The notes under the pieces were generated by a model. The model searched no databases, was not told the origin of the DNA, and saw only the letters and a list, made by a program, of their open reading frames with translations. The position numbers and the translations under genes are program-made. Below, piece by piece: positions 37,124-50,500 of a stretch of DNA of 64,000 nucleotides. How positions within the stretch are numbered: the stretch's first letter is position 1; every line of letters starts with the position of its first letter. The DNA comes from Antedon mediterranea (taxonomy: Eukaryota > Animalia > Echinodermata): the NCBI RefSeq assembly GCF_964355755.1, contig NC_092677.1, positions 19,428,101 to 19,492,100 on the forward strand, in the 5' to 3' direction.

Positions 37124-39560
37124 CCTTATTTATATTGAAATTGTGTATTGCCAAAGTTGTCACTCCAAGACATTTAGCTATTTTAGGATCAGTTGTTGTA
37201 CCAGCAACTTTGAGTTTTGTTATTGTTTGTTTATTTCTCCTGAAGAAATCCATAAATATATTGTACTTTGTAGCATTAGAGAAGATGGATTATAATAAAA
37301 CCATGTTACCTGTACATTGTTATCAACACGATGACTACCAGCACGACGAGTACAACAATGATAGGAAGGGTGATAGTCATGTTCTTTAAATCTGAAAATA
37401 TGAAAGTACGTTGTCAGCATGTGACCACCAATCAAATCTGATTTTTAGAGAATTGCTTAGAAATGTAGTAAACTGCATACATGTAGTAAATTGTCAAACC
37501 CTTTTGGGTACATGGAAATAAACATGGTCGTTACCAGAAGGGTTACAGAGGAACACAGAGAAGATTTATTTCAAAGATAGGCCTTACGAATTTTCACAAA
37601 ATGTTCAATTTATATTACATACATTTCTCGCCACATTGCATTCCTGAATATCCCGCCTTACAAGTGCATTGGTAAAGAGCTATTCCGGCGAATACATTCA
37701 CTATTCCTGGAGCATGACATGGTGGCACAAACTATGAAATACAACCTTAATCAACTATCACAATTTCATAAAAACTAATCTGTTGTTCTTCTTTATATCA
37801 TAATTCACATCACGGATCACCATATTCACAATCATCATTATCTAACTATCCCACAAAATCGATACCGGTAATATATTATAGTTTCCTAACAATCGAAATA
37901 TTATGGTTGATTTTAATGTACCATCTATGGTGCACTGATTTCCAGAAAATCCCGTGACACACTCATAAACGTAGCCGTATGCCACTGGAACACATGTTCC
38001 TGAATTATAACAGGGATCACTTGCACATGCTAAAAATGCATTAACCATATGGATGATGTTGACAACTAAACGCAATGGATGTAACTTTTTGTGTGTGTAA
38101 AGTATTAATTATAAATAACAATTATAAAGATGTTAATTTTAATAATTGTTATGGAAGATTAAGTTACTTTAATTTATAAACTATATAGAGGGCGCTATCT
38201 TCTCCTTCTAATTAAATTGCATTATTTGAGTGCAATTTGCATACACTACTGGGTAGAATATTAGTTGAAAATGCCAGGCCAACTTACCGTAAACTTCGCA
38301 ATCGTGACCTACATATCCGATTTGACAGGCGCATGAAGACCCAGTTTCACCTCTGATACATGTTGACCCTTCCTGACACGTATTGTTGGAGCAAACAAAA
38401 AACAACACTATTGCGTGAGTTTTATGTAAATATCCAAATATAACTATAATAAAGCTGTTCTCATCAAAATTTACTTTACAGATGCTTGTTTGTTGATTTA
38501 GATGTGACGGTAATAATTCCAGCTTTTGGAAATTAGAAGAATAAACACTTTAGTTTAAACTTATCGATTTTTAACATCTTAAATAAAACTAGGACACTCA
38601 TAATTGTAAATCGCCAAAACAAGATACGTATTTCTTTAATAGACGATAACTGTTCGTTGTTCAGGTAACTCGATATCTTCTATCAGCAAAATAATAGTTC
38701 GGATCTTTAACTTAGATATTCAAAAAGTTCCGAAAAACAAGTTAAAGCTTATAATAAAATATGTAAGCTCTACCAAATGTGGTTGCCACAACTTCATTTA
38801 AAAGTGGAAGGTTTGCACCATAAATAGAACATGATTGTGACAATACAAACATTCAGGGCACCTGAAATACACTGCAAGAGAACTTGTTGTATTGATATGA
38901 AATATTATTGAAATATTTTAAGAATGATTGCAGTTTACCATCATATTGACACCTTGTTCCAAAATAACCAACTCACAGTGACAAGTGTACCGACCTCTAG
39001 CGCATAGTCCATAATTAAGGCATGGGTTAGGCTCACACGCTGCAGAAAAAAAAATGAAGTTTACTAAAGATCTTAAATGAAAATATATTCATTCTATTTA
39101 TGCTGCTTAGGGCTGTAGTAGGTACTTACAATCAACTTGGCACATTTATCCTGAAAAACAAATACCACAGCTACAATTAAAACTACTACCAGGACCTCGA
39201 ATACAAGTACCATTATTGGTACATGGGTTTGAAGCACATGCTAATAGAAATAAAACTTGTGATTCATTAACTGGTAAGTTGTATGACATTCTTTAATTAT
39301 TATAACTTATATACAGTAGGTATGTGGTTGGGCGTACATTCTTCCTACAAGATGCTCCCTATACCACTGAATTAGGGAATAAATAAGATAACCTAGACTA
39401 AGCTGAATATTATAACAATAACAATATAATATTGTTGGAATATGTGTGTAACGGAGTCTCTATGCCAATATTTTGAAACACCATTATATGCTGTAGATAA
39501 CAATATCTTGTTATCCATCATGCTCGCATATTCCTCCAGAATAGCCAATATTGCAGTCGA
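37124..39560 (-). pseudogene. Pseudogenised paralog of the EGF-repeat TM receptor
   Basis: Exons collinear with the 44.5-51.6 kb gene: 39130-39240 (in-frame TAA), 38939-39039 (frameshift), 38288-38395 (acceptor TG instead of AG), 37922-38029, 37623-37731 (2-bp deletion), TM 37310-37391, tail exon 37124-37239. Confidence 0.85.
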
Positions 39561-39564
39561 CTAA

Positions 39565-40050
39565 AATTGACTTGCTGCAACCACTGGTTGCCAAGATACA
39601 AGTACCTATTTGTGTTTGTTCATATAACCCTTGACCCTGACCCTTTGACCTTTTGTAACATTTTTCAAAATGTGCAACAAATAACAAAATGTATATTGCG
39701 AACAATTGAAGACCCAATTCAAGTGTCTACGACCAGAACTTACGGAGATACATACATGCCCTGTGTAGTGGGTCAAAGGTCAGAAATAGCATTTCCGGTC
39801 ATTTTTGACTAAAATTAGACTGCATATAAATATATACCTTCTGATCAATTTGAGACCAAAATTACCTTTCTGTGACCAGTGGTTGTTGAGATTTAAGGAC
39901 CTATTGGTGTTTGGTGTTATAACGTTTCACCCTGACCTTTTGACCTTTCGCCACAATTTCAAAATGTGTAACCAAGCCAAAATTGATTGTTTGACCACCC
40001 TAAACCAATTTCTTAAGTCAAATTCTCTGGACCTCAAAGTGCATACGAAA
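39565..40050. repeat. Probable non-autonomous DNA-transposon remnant truncating an EGF exon
   Basis: Recurrent TGACCTTT/TGACCCC motifs and two similar subunits (about 39585-39680 and 39880-39975); the EGF exon at 39516-39560 stops at its edge. Family not recognised. Confidence 0.4.
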
Positions 40051-40726
40051 GTTGATCTAGCTACTAGAGTAAAAGAAATTCTGAATAATCAGTTTGAAAA
40101 AGAAATAAAAAAGTTGCATAACCCAATATCAACTACAGTAATACTACTGTATTTTAAGATACTTGCCACTGGTTCAGTTCTTTCATTATACCTCATCATT
40201 ATGTCTAACTGTACAGGGAATATACAGTATAGTACGCTAGTACTCTCATTATATACTGTACATTATAATTTTAAAGTAGGTAATACCAATACTATTATTT
40301 AATAATAGATAGAAATATAATGTTGGACGTATACAACAAACAGTATCGTAAATAACAGCATTTAAATTTATTTATATACAAACACAATTGACAGCACGAT
40401 GCCAAATGGATGCCTTAATAATAAAGCCTAGCCTATGGAAAATTCACAACAATTCTTTCTGTGTAAAAATAATATATAATATTATGATAATGATCATTTA
40501 TAAGGATGTTATAAAACTTAAAACAAAAAGGGTAAAGATGCAGTTATTTAGGCATATCGTTTTTGTTTTCATGTCTTAAACTTCTTTGGAAAGTGTAAGT
40601 ATAGCAAAATATAGGAAAATTAATGAAAAAAGGGAGGTAATATGCAAACCAAAGTGAGTGAGACAGATGACATTAATGTGAATAAAGTGGTGTTTACGCC
40701 ACAAAAGAGAAAACATAATAAAGGCA

Positions 40727-40910
40727 GATTTTCACCAATGTACATAGCATGCAATTTATTTAACAAAAACTTTTCAAGATAGTCACTTGTATCATTTTTA
40801 TTTATTTATATAGTTATCACATCGTATTATTTATTCTACTCAGGTACAAAACATATCTCGAAATTGTTAACAATTTTGACAATACAGTTATCTTGTATCT
40901 TGTATCTTGT
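40727..40910 (+). mobile_element. Short 3' LINE fragment, near-identical to 14280-14463
   Basis: Direct sequence match including the (ATCTTGT)3 tail; absent from the paralogous site near 43735. Confidence 0.85.
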
Positions 40911-41334
40911 AAAGCATGTTGCCACCAAAACGAAACATGACAAACAATAAGTTACAGCATTCAGTTACAAACATGAAAGTAAATAATGATTGTATATATA
41001 AGTATTATCGGTATTTAGGCATATGTATACAGTATTCTAAATAATATGCAACGTACAAACAACAACAAAAGTTTTAATAATAAGAAATATGATAACCAGA
41101 ATTATAATTTTCTGTACAGTAGGCCTACCGGTACCAGTTTTGGTTCATTAACATAGTGTCAAATATTACAATATACTGGGTAATACAGTAAGTAATATCA
41201 ACCACACACCAAATTCAAACTCCACAATTGCTATCGAGTTTGTATTAAACTCAATTCTGTTTATTATATAATTTTCATAAAATACATAGAAATCGTGTTG
41301 ATCTGAGACTACGGCACAATACAATACAAACAAA

Positions 41335-42325
41335 TGGTATCCTATCCAACAAAGAATCTACCAGTGTTGGAGCTCCTCAAGGATGTGTTATCTCCCCAAT
41401 TTTGTTCTCTTTTTATTCTAGTAGTTTTAATATTTTAAGTAAAGATTGCAATATTGTAAAATACGCTGACGATACTGTAATTAGTGGTTTTCTTTGCGAT
41501 AGTAAGCATAATGTAAATGAATTTGTTAATGAAGTTGGAAGATTTGTTAATTGGTGTGAAGATATGAACTTAATACTTAATATTACTAAAACCAAAGAGA
41601 TGATAATAGATTTTCGTAAAACCGCAGTTGAACATAATGTAATAACTATTAAAGAAACCGAGTTGAAAGAGTAACCCAATACAAATACTTAGGTACTATA
41701 ATTGACAACAAATTAAAATGGGAGTCAAACTCTCTCATGATTTCCAAGAAGGCATCTCAAAGGCTCTACTTTCTCAGAAAACTCAAGCAAATTAGAGTTG
41801 ATAACACTATTTTAATTCTATTTTATCAAAGTATTATTCAAAGTATTTTATCTTATAGCATTGGATGTTTTTATGGTAACTTTACTGAAAATGATAAGAA
41901 AAATATTGAGAGACCACGTAAAATTGCACAACGTATTATTAAAGCTGATCTAACGCCTTGTTCATTTATCTATGAAAAGAGTATTCTAAAAAAAGTAAAC
42001 AATATTATGAAAGACCCCACTCATCCGTTACATTACTGTTATAACTTAAATAGATCAGGCATTAGGCTACGACCTCCAAGAGCAAATCTTTGTAGAACTA
42101 GAAAATCCTTCGTTGTAAATAGCATTCATATTTTTTATTCTAATGTAAGACGTTAATGCAATTTTTAATAGTTTTAACAGTATTTTTAACTTTTTATCTT
42201 GTATTTTTAATCTGTTATAATACTGCACGTTTTTAAATTGTTGCAATACTGTTGTTTTAATCTACCAAGCAAAGTGAATTTCCATTTTTATGGACAAATA
42301 AAATTTCTTGAATCTTGAATCTTGA
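41335..42325 (+). mobile_element. 5'-truncated Rex/Babar- or RTE-like LINE with (ATCTTGA)n tail
   Basis: GAPQGCVISP, KYADD, LNITKTKEMIIDFRK, QRLYFLRKL, DPTHPLH; absent from the paralogous site near 44155. Confidence 0.85.
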
Positions 42326-42498
42326 ACATCCATGACACATCATTCGGTGCTCTAATGGAACATGGATAAAAGCTATTACGGAATCCATTTATGCGGGAGG
42401 TGATTAATCGGAAGCGTCTGCCGCTCCTAAGAACAGGGGATGGGTTGGGATGATTGGGTCATTGATTACAATACAATACGAATACGTTTATTCATCAA

Positions 42499-42998
42499 AT
42501 ATGTAAACTGGCAATTCATCAAATTAATCTAAACTTGGTGTTGATCCATTGGGTCTGAACTTTCCGTTGTTTGGTTAATGCTGTGTCAGAGGTTATTGGT
42601 GATCCTTCGGTTACTAAGTTACGCAAATAAAAACGATTCGTTCATTTATTTGATAATTACATTTCATATAAACACAAAAATGCTATCTACCAAATACAAA
42701 AATAACAAACATAAACCCTCAGAATGTTGTAACAATTATTACATGTAACACCATTATTATCGTACATGCATAATTGTTTATAATGTAATTACCATCTGCT
42801 GGTGTGGAACTAATGTTAGCACAGCCAGGTACGTACGTTTTCTGGTTGAAGACACTGATCAGAAGTCTCGTCGTAGGCCAATCCACTAGGACGTGGCTGA
42901 ACTGTACTACCTCCATTTACACAGGCCACATAGACAGAACAGTTGGTCGGATGAGCATAATTACCATCAGATCTCTGATCACACACGTCATCGGGATC
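42499..42998 (-). pseudogene. Duplicated CBM14 exon plus truncated stalk exon
   Basis: Near-identical to 29731-30228 but with a 4-bp ACGT duplication near 42832 (frameshift) and truncation at the start of the TM segment. Confidence 0.85.
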
Positions 42999-43198
42999 TG
43001 TAGGCCTACAAGATGCTCCCTATACCACTGAATTAGGGAATAAATGAGATAACCTAGACTAAACTGAATATTATAACAATAACAATATAATATTGTTGGA
43101 ATATGTGTGTAACGAAGTCTCTAGGCCAATATTTTGAAGAAAAAAAAAAAAATATTTTGAAACACCATTATATGCTGCAGAGAACAATATCTTGTTAT

Positions 43199-43590
43199 CC
43201 ATCATGCTCGCATATTCCTCCAGAATAGCCAGTCGCAACGGTATTCACTACCTGGACCTCGATCACAATTACGAAAATGTAAACACGGATTGGGAACACA
43301 CGATTACAAGACGAAAAAAGTAATGCCTTATTATTTTGTTCTACCATGGAGCTATAAAATTAGATAGCTTCATAGTTCTACTACTAAAACACGTAAAATA
43401 AAAGGATAACAAATCAATAATCACTATATTTTCAATTGATATCATTCGTATCCAGCTTTCTCTGTTGTTAAAACAACCATGATGATGAAATTACATGATT
43501 TTTTGTTATTGTGACTTCAAAATTAACTATAGTAATGTAATTACCATCAATTACGCAATTCAGACCGGAATAACCAACATCACAATGATC
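43199..43590 (-). pseudogene. Two damaged EGF exons (about 43199-43303 and 43545-43590)
   Basis: CVPNPCLHFRNCDRGPGSEYRC with deletion and lost GT donor; partial CDVGYSGLNCVIDG cut by a duplication junction. Confidence 0.7.
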
Positions 43591-44522
43591 ATTTATAAAG
43601 ATAAAAATTTAAACAAAAAGGGCAAAGATGCAGTTAATGAAAAAAAGGAGGTAATATGGAAAACAAAGTGAGTGAGACAGATGACATTAATGTGAATAAA
43701 GTGGTGTTTACGCCACAAAAAAGAAAACATAATAAAGCACATTGCCACAAAAACGAAACTTGACAAACAATAAGTTACAGCATACAGTTACAAACGTGAA
43801 AGTAAATAATGATTGTATATAAGTATTATCGGTATTTAGGCATATGTATACAGTATTCTAAATAATATGCAACGTACAAACAAACACAAGTTTTAATAAT
43901 AAGAAATATGATGACCAGAATTATAATTTTCTGTACAGTAGGCCTACCGGTACCAGTTTTGGTCCATTAACATAGTGTCAAATATTACAATATACTGGGT
44001 AATACAGTAAGTAATATCAACCACACACCAAATTCAAACTCCGCAATTGCTATCGAGTTTGTATTAAACTCAATTCTGTTTATTATATAATTTTCATAAA
44101 ATACATAGTAATCGTGTTGATCTGAGACTACGGCACAATACAATACAAACAAATTACAACATCCTTGACACATCATTCGGTGCTCTAATGGAACATGGAT
44201 AAAAACTATTACGGAATCCATTTATGCGGGAGGTGATTAATCGGAAGCGTCTGCCGCTCCTAAGAAAATGGGATGGGTTGGGATGATTGGGTCATTGATT
44301 ACAATACAATACGAATACGTTTATTCATCAAATCATAATATGTACAGTGTTTAGAAAAATGGAAAATGATGACATAGAGTCTCAGGAAACCAGGAAGGTT
44401 TGTATGAAAGAGACCTCAGATTACTTTAAAAAAGTAATTAAAATGGTATATATAAATTACATTAGGAATTACAAACGTGGTAGATATACATGGGTATCCC
44501 AGGAAGTATAATCTATATTCAA

Positions 44523-47500
44523 TTATTTACTCAACGGTTTCAAATCAGTATATGTTTGTTCCACTGATAAATGAATGTGAAGATCTTGATATTCAGGACT
44601 AACCCTCTTTCCAGACTTGGACAGTGGTGGTAGCGCTGCAACATTACTAATAGTTGAAATAGCAACATTTTCATAAGTAGCCATATTCATTCCTGTAGTA
44701 GGCATATCGTTCATTCGTTTGTTCTTCATGTAAACATACGACCTATATAAAATGTGTTTGTAGCTTGTCATGATTATAATTGTCGTAGAAGAAAAGTGAT
44801 TTCATAATTTTGTTTAAAGCCACCAAGCAATAAAGCTACCAAGCAATAAAGCTAAAATCAATACGATAAAAACTGTAAAGATTAGAAAGTACACGAGGGT
44901 GCCACAAGTACGTATTCATTACTGTAGTAGGCCTATAGTTCATTCATGGGTGCCACAGATTGATCCAATTGATACAATATAAATTAGTATATTAAAATAT
45001 TACTCTAGTAAAATTAATAGTATATTGTACATAAACAATACCTGAAAGTGAAATATCAATTACCTGTAAATGATGACTGCCAGCACGACGAGTACAACAA
45101 TGATAGGAAAAGTGATTATCATAGTTTTTAAATCTTCAAATGAAGTAGAATACAATTGAACTAAAGTGTACGCATTAAATCCGTTACTTGAAATTGCCGG
45201 CCACACAGGCACAGAGAAAAACTAAAGAGTTTTTTCGAAAACACTATACTTAAACAGAAATAACATGTTAAGCATTTTCTATTACTTACATTTCTCGCCA
45301 CATAGCGTTCCTGAATACCCTGCCTCACAAGTGCATTGGTAGAAAGAGCTATTCTGGCGAACACATGCACCATTGTTAGAGCATGATACGTTGGCACAAA
45401 CTAAGAAATACAGTATTAATAAAATACAAATTATTATGTTTCCATGTATTATCTTTATGTAAGATAATAATGAGTAGTACAACCCATAATCACCTTATTG
45501 TATAATCATTTAATTATTTTTTTTTTTTTTTTTTTATTTCATCATATAATACATTACAAAGGAAAAACATAATCAAATAAAAAATTAAAATAAAAAGCAA
45601 CAAACAAAAACAACAAAGATATCCATCTAACAAATTAAATAAAGGTTCATAAAAATTATTCTACTCTATAAACCATTTTATATTTGATTTATAAATTCTT
45701 CTAATTTTATCCATTTTCTATTAAAAATACTGTCCTCAAAATTCTGATGATAAATAAATTTTTCTGTTTCATAAAACCTTTTTAACTCGTTCATAACCAT
45801 TCTGATAGTTGGCTTACATTTAACTAGTTTACATTTATAAATAAATGATTTTACAATTAGAATAATTGCATTAATGGCTTTTAAATTAAAAAACTGATGC
45901 GCATCTTGGTATCCGAAAATTATGCTCTCTTTACTAAAAATAAATTGCACTCCAGTTTTTTCTGAAATTTTTTCCTGGAGGAGGTTCCATATCCTTTTTA
46001 CTATTGGAAAATTACAGAACAAATGCTGAATGGTTTCAATTTTACCATCTCCAAATGAGCACATTGAAGTTTCTTTTATATTCATTTTAAATAATTGTTC
46101 ATTTGTTGCAATTATTCTATTTACAATTTTATATTGAAAATATATTAAAGCAATATTCATTGTACACGTATGTGGAGCTAGGTAGATTGTTTTCCATTGT
46201 TCGTTATTGAATACAAATTTATTTTCTGCCCATTTCTTTTGTGCTTTCCATGATTTAAACATTGAGTTATTTAAAACATCATAAAAAATACGACATCCCT
46301 TTCTTTGTTGAAAGAGTACTTTTATGTGAAATGGAATATCTGGCAAAACTGTTTTTTTAATTTCACATATCATTAAATTGTTAAATTTTTCCCTAAGAAG
46401 CCTTTTTAATCCTATTAATTTTATATAATTTATCTTAATACCATAGGTATCTTCGACTTCTTTTTTATTCATAAATTGCCCATTGCTGTTAAACAAATCA
46501 TTAACAAACAAAATACCTGCTTTTTCCCAATTTCCATATCTTATACATTCGTTGCCTATTCTTATTACTTCATTATTCCAAATTTGCATTCGTAATAGCT
46601 CGTCAACAGACTTTGGATAATGAATAGAAATAAAATTACTCCATGCATCTATTACCTCTTTCCAGAAGAGAATTTTAACATTATCTCTAATGCTGGACAG
46701 ACGTTTACAATTCGTTTCAAGTTGCATAGAGTTAGACAAATTTGTTATGTACTTAAATAGCTTAAATATTGGGTTGTCTTCGGATTTATTCTACGCAACC
46801 AAGTTATTTTTAATGACATAAAAAAAAAGTTCAAATCTACCATTCTTAATCCACCATGTAAGTAATCACTTTTCATCTGATGCCGGTTTATTTTATCAGG
46901 TTTGTTTTGCCAAATAAAACGAAAAAATAAATTATTAAGACGTACTACGTATTCATTTGATGGGTTCGGTAAGGACATGATCATATGAATGAGTTTTGGT
47001 AACAAGAGTGATTTAATAATAGTTATTTTACCAATTACTGTCAAGTTTCTTTTAGACCATTGGTTTATCATACGCTCTATCGTTAAAAACACTCTTTCAT
47101 AGTTTACATTAATCATTTGAACTGCATCTAATGAAAAGTCAATACCTAAAATTGAAAATATGGCATTGCCTATCCAGTTTATCTTTTTTCTTGTTTTTAA
47201 CCTTACATTGCTACCTCTCTTACTACCTATCCATACAACTTTTGTTTTTTCTTCATTTATTCTTAAACCGGAAATACTCTCGTATGTATCCAGTGTATCG
47301 AGTGTTGCATGCAGTGATGCTTCAGACCCATCAAGTATAATGGTAGTGTCGTCTGCATATTGAGATATTGTATATTCCTTATCTCTAATTTTAACTCCCT
47401 TAATTAGTTTGTTTTGCTTTATTAAATTATTCAATATTTCTGCACAAATTATAAAAATATATGGAGAAAGAGGGTCTCCTTGTCTACAGCCTCTTTCAAT

Positions 47501-50500
47501 TTTAAAACGATTTGACATAGCACCGTTAACATTAACTGAGGAATACATTTCCGAATAAAAAATTGTAATCCACCTTCTAATAGACTCGCCAAAGTTAAAC
47601 ATTTCCATGGCTCTATCAATGAATATATGTGAAACAGAGTCGAAGGCTTTTTCGAAGTCAATTAATAATAGCATACCGGGAATCTTTAACTGTTCACTAA
47701 GACATATAATGTCATTCATTAGTCTAATATTTTCGCCAATAAATCTATCTGGCATAAAACCGTTTTGCTCTCTACTTATAATATGACTTAATACATTCTT
47801 TATTCGATTAGCTATACATCCAGACGCTAACTTATAGGTGATGCTTAATAGTGATATAGGTCGCCAATTTTTTAGAAGGTCCCTTGGTTTATTCGGTTTA
47901 GGTATAAGCGTTATGATTCCAATTTGTTGAGATTGAGATAGTTTTCCGTTCTTATACACCCAATCGAGCATTCTAACTAAATAACCACTAATATTAATCC
48001 AGAAAAATTTAAAGAATTCGGCGGAGAAACCATCTTGTCCGGGACTTTTATTGTTTTTCATATTTTTAAGAACTTGTAATATTTCATCAATTGTTAATGG
48101 CCCTTCAATTTCCTCCTTTTGTTTTTGTGATAATTTTGTCATACTATTTTTTTCAAATATTGTTTTCATAGTTACAAGATCAATTTTAACGTCTTTGTTT
48201 TTGTACAATTTGTTATAATAACTTTCTACATTCTTTATAATTTGTTTATTATCAGTTATATCCTGACACATTTCCCTCCTAATTTTATTCAAACTTTTAT
48301 TTACAATCTTTTTTTTCTCCAAATTAAGGAAGAAAGAAGATGGTTTTTCCCCTTGTTCCACCAACTGAGCTCGCGATCTCAGCATGATCCCTTCAATTTT
48401 AACCATACGTAATTGTTGTAATTCAATCTTTATGGAATTTAGCTCTTCAATATTGTTGTCCATTTCTGGACCAATTTGAAGTTCATCCATCTTTCTTTCA
48501 ATTACATTAATTTTATCTTCTAATTCTTTTTCTCGCTTTTCATTTTCTTTTTTTAACCTTGAGGAGAACGAAATTGTTTTGCCTCTTATTCCTAAGAGCA
48601 ACATTTCAAAAAATAATGCATCATTAATAGAAAGGGACAAATCTGAGACTGGGATATCTTTAATTGTGTCTCTTTTGTATGGCGACGCAGCATATAGTTC
48701 TGTAATTGTTTGGATTTCTTTTTTAACTATTTTAACATATTCCTCATTTCTTAACAAGCTATTATTGAACTTCAATTAGGTGATTCTATCTTTTTCATTT
48801 AATTATGATCAATACTATACTATTCTAATAATAATATTATTGTGATGAAAGTTTACCATCTATGGTGCACTGATTTCCAGAAAATCCCGTGACACACTCA
48901 CAAACGTAGCCGTATGCCACTGGAACACATGTTCCTGAATTATAACAGGGATCACTTGCAGATGCTAAAATATTCAGTAATTATGTTTCAATTACTATTC
49001 AATCTCACAACTATATATATATATATATATAGGGCCTACATCAAATGCTCTGCTATTGGCATTAGAATTCACGGGAAGTAATAATAATAGAAAGTAATTT
49101 TATGTTTTACCATGTACAATGTAATGTCTTTGGAAACTCAGCATTAAAGCCCTCTTTGGCTTACTTGAGATTCCACGCATAAACAAAGACTTACCAAGAT
49201 TTTTAGTATGATCTTTAGTTTTTTCTTACTTTATGTGGAACAATAACAAATAAAAATGGAAATAATGTTTCAATAACCTGTTACCGTTTAAATGACAATA
49301 CGGGGCACTTTTTTTATGTAATTTTTGAGAATTGTAGTAAAATTTTCATACTTTTCAGGTGTACATTATCATCAACTGTTAATAAATTTGAACTTACCGT
49401 ACATCTCACAATAATCACCTACATATCCAATTTGACAGGCGCATGACGAACTAATTTGGCCCCTGATACACGTTGACCCTTTCTGACACGTGTTGTTGGC
49501 GCAAACTAAAGGGAAAAACACAGCACTATTTCGTGATTCTACGCGTTTCGTATACAAACTCATTATAGCAACATTATAGGCCGAAACCTTAGTAAAAGGT
49601 TCTCATCAAAATGTACTATAGTCTGTATTTTTAATTAGAAAATCAACATCGTAAGCAAAATTAACTTTAATATTTTCTACATCCACTAACTCACGTGGTT
49701 GCCACTTCAAGTGGAATGTCATACCATAACTACATGATTGGGACAGTAAAGGTAAACTAAGGTAGCTGCATGAGTTTAAGAGAACGTCTTTATACGGAGT
49801 TATACCATATTACATATTATATACATTATCATATTTTAAAACGTATTGCAGTTTACCATCATCTTGACACATTGTTCCAAAATAACCAACTCCACAAAAA
49901 CAAGTACTGTATACCGACTACCTGGACCTCTAGCGCATACTCCAAAATTAAGACATGGGTTAGGCTTACATGCTGAAGAAAATTGGAGACACAACAACAA
50001 TGTTACTACAGACATTATGTTTCTTCATTCATTATTGGAATTTCATTTTTGTATGATCTATTATTATTTTATACTGGGTAGCCTCTTCAGTCAAAGACTG
50101 TTCTCTCCGAGGTCCCAGTTATGATCAGTGGCTGCGTGTGGTAACCCCCTACTCGTCTCGAAAGATGTACTAGGTTCTGCACATGCACTGGACCTATTGT
50201 AACAGTATATAGACTCATTCTACCACCAGAACTATGGAGCATGGAACTCTTGCCGATGTTATGGCTACGTAATTACGGTTCCACTGTCTTATAGAAATTG
50301 TTTGACTTAAAATTATAAGTTAACGTTCAACAAATTCCAATAATCAATTTTAATTGATTTTCTTCTCGTAGGTACTTACCATCATGTTGGCACATTTCTC
50401 CTGAAAAACCAATACTACATCTGCAATTAAAGCCACTACCAGGACCCCGAATACATGTACCATTATTGGTACATGGGTTTGAAGCACATGCTATTAAAAG

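Larger units (their letters stand above)
40490..44330. repeat. Mosaic of segmental duplications
   Basis: 40490-41334 plus 42326-42499 match 43586-44330; 42499-43000 matches 29731-30232; 43005-43230 matches 39345-39548. Confidence 0.85.
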
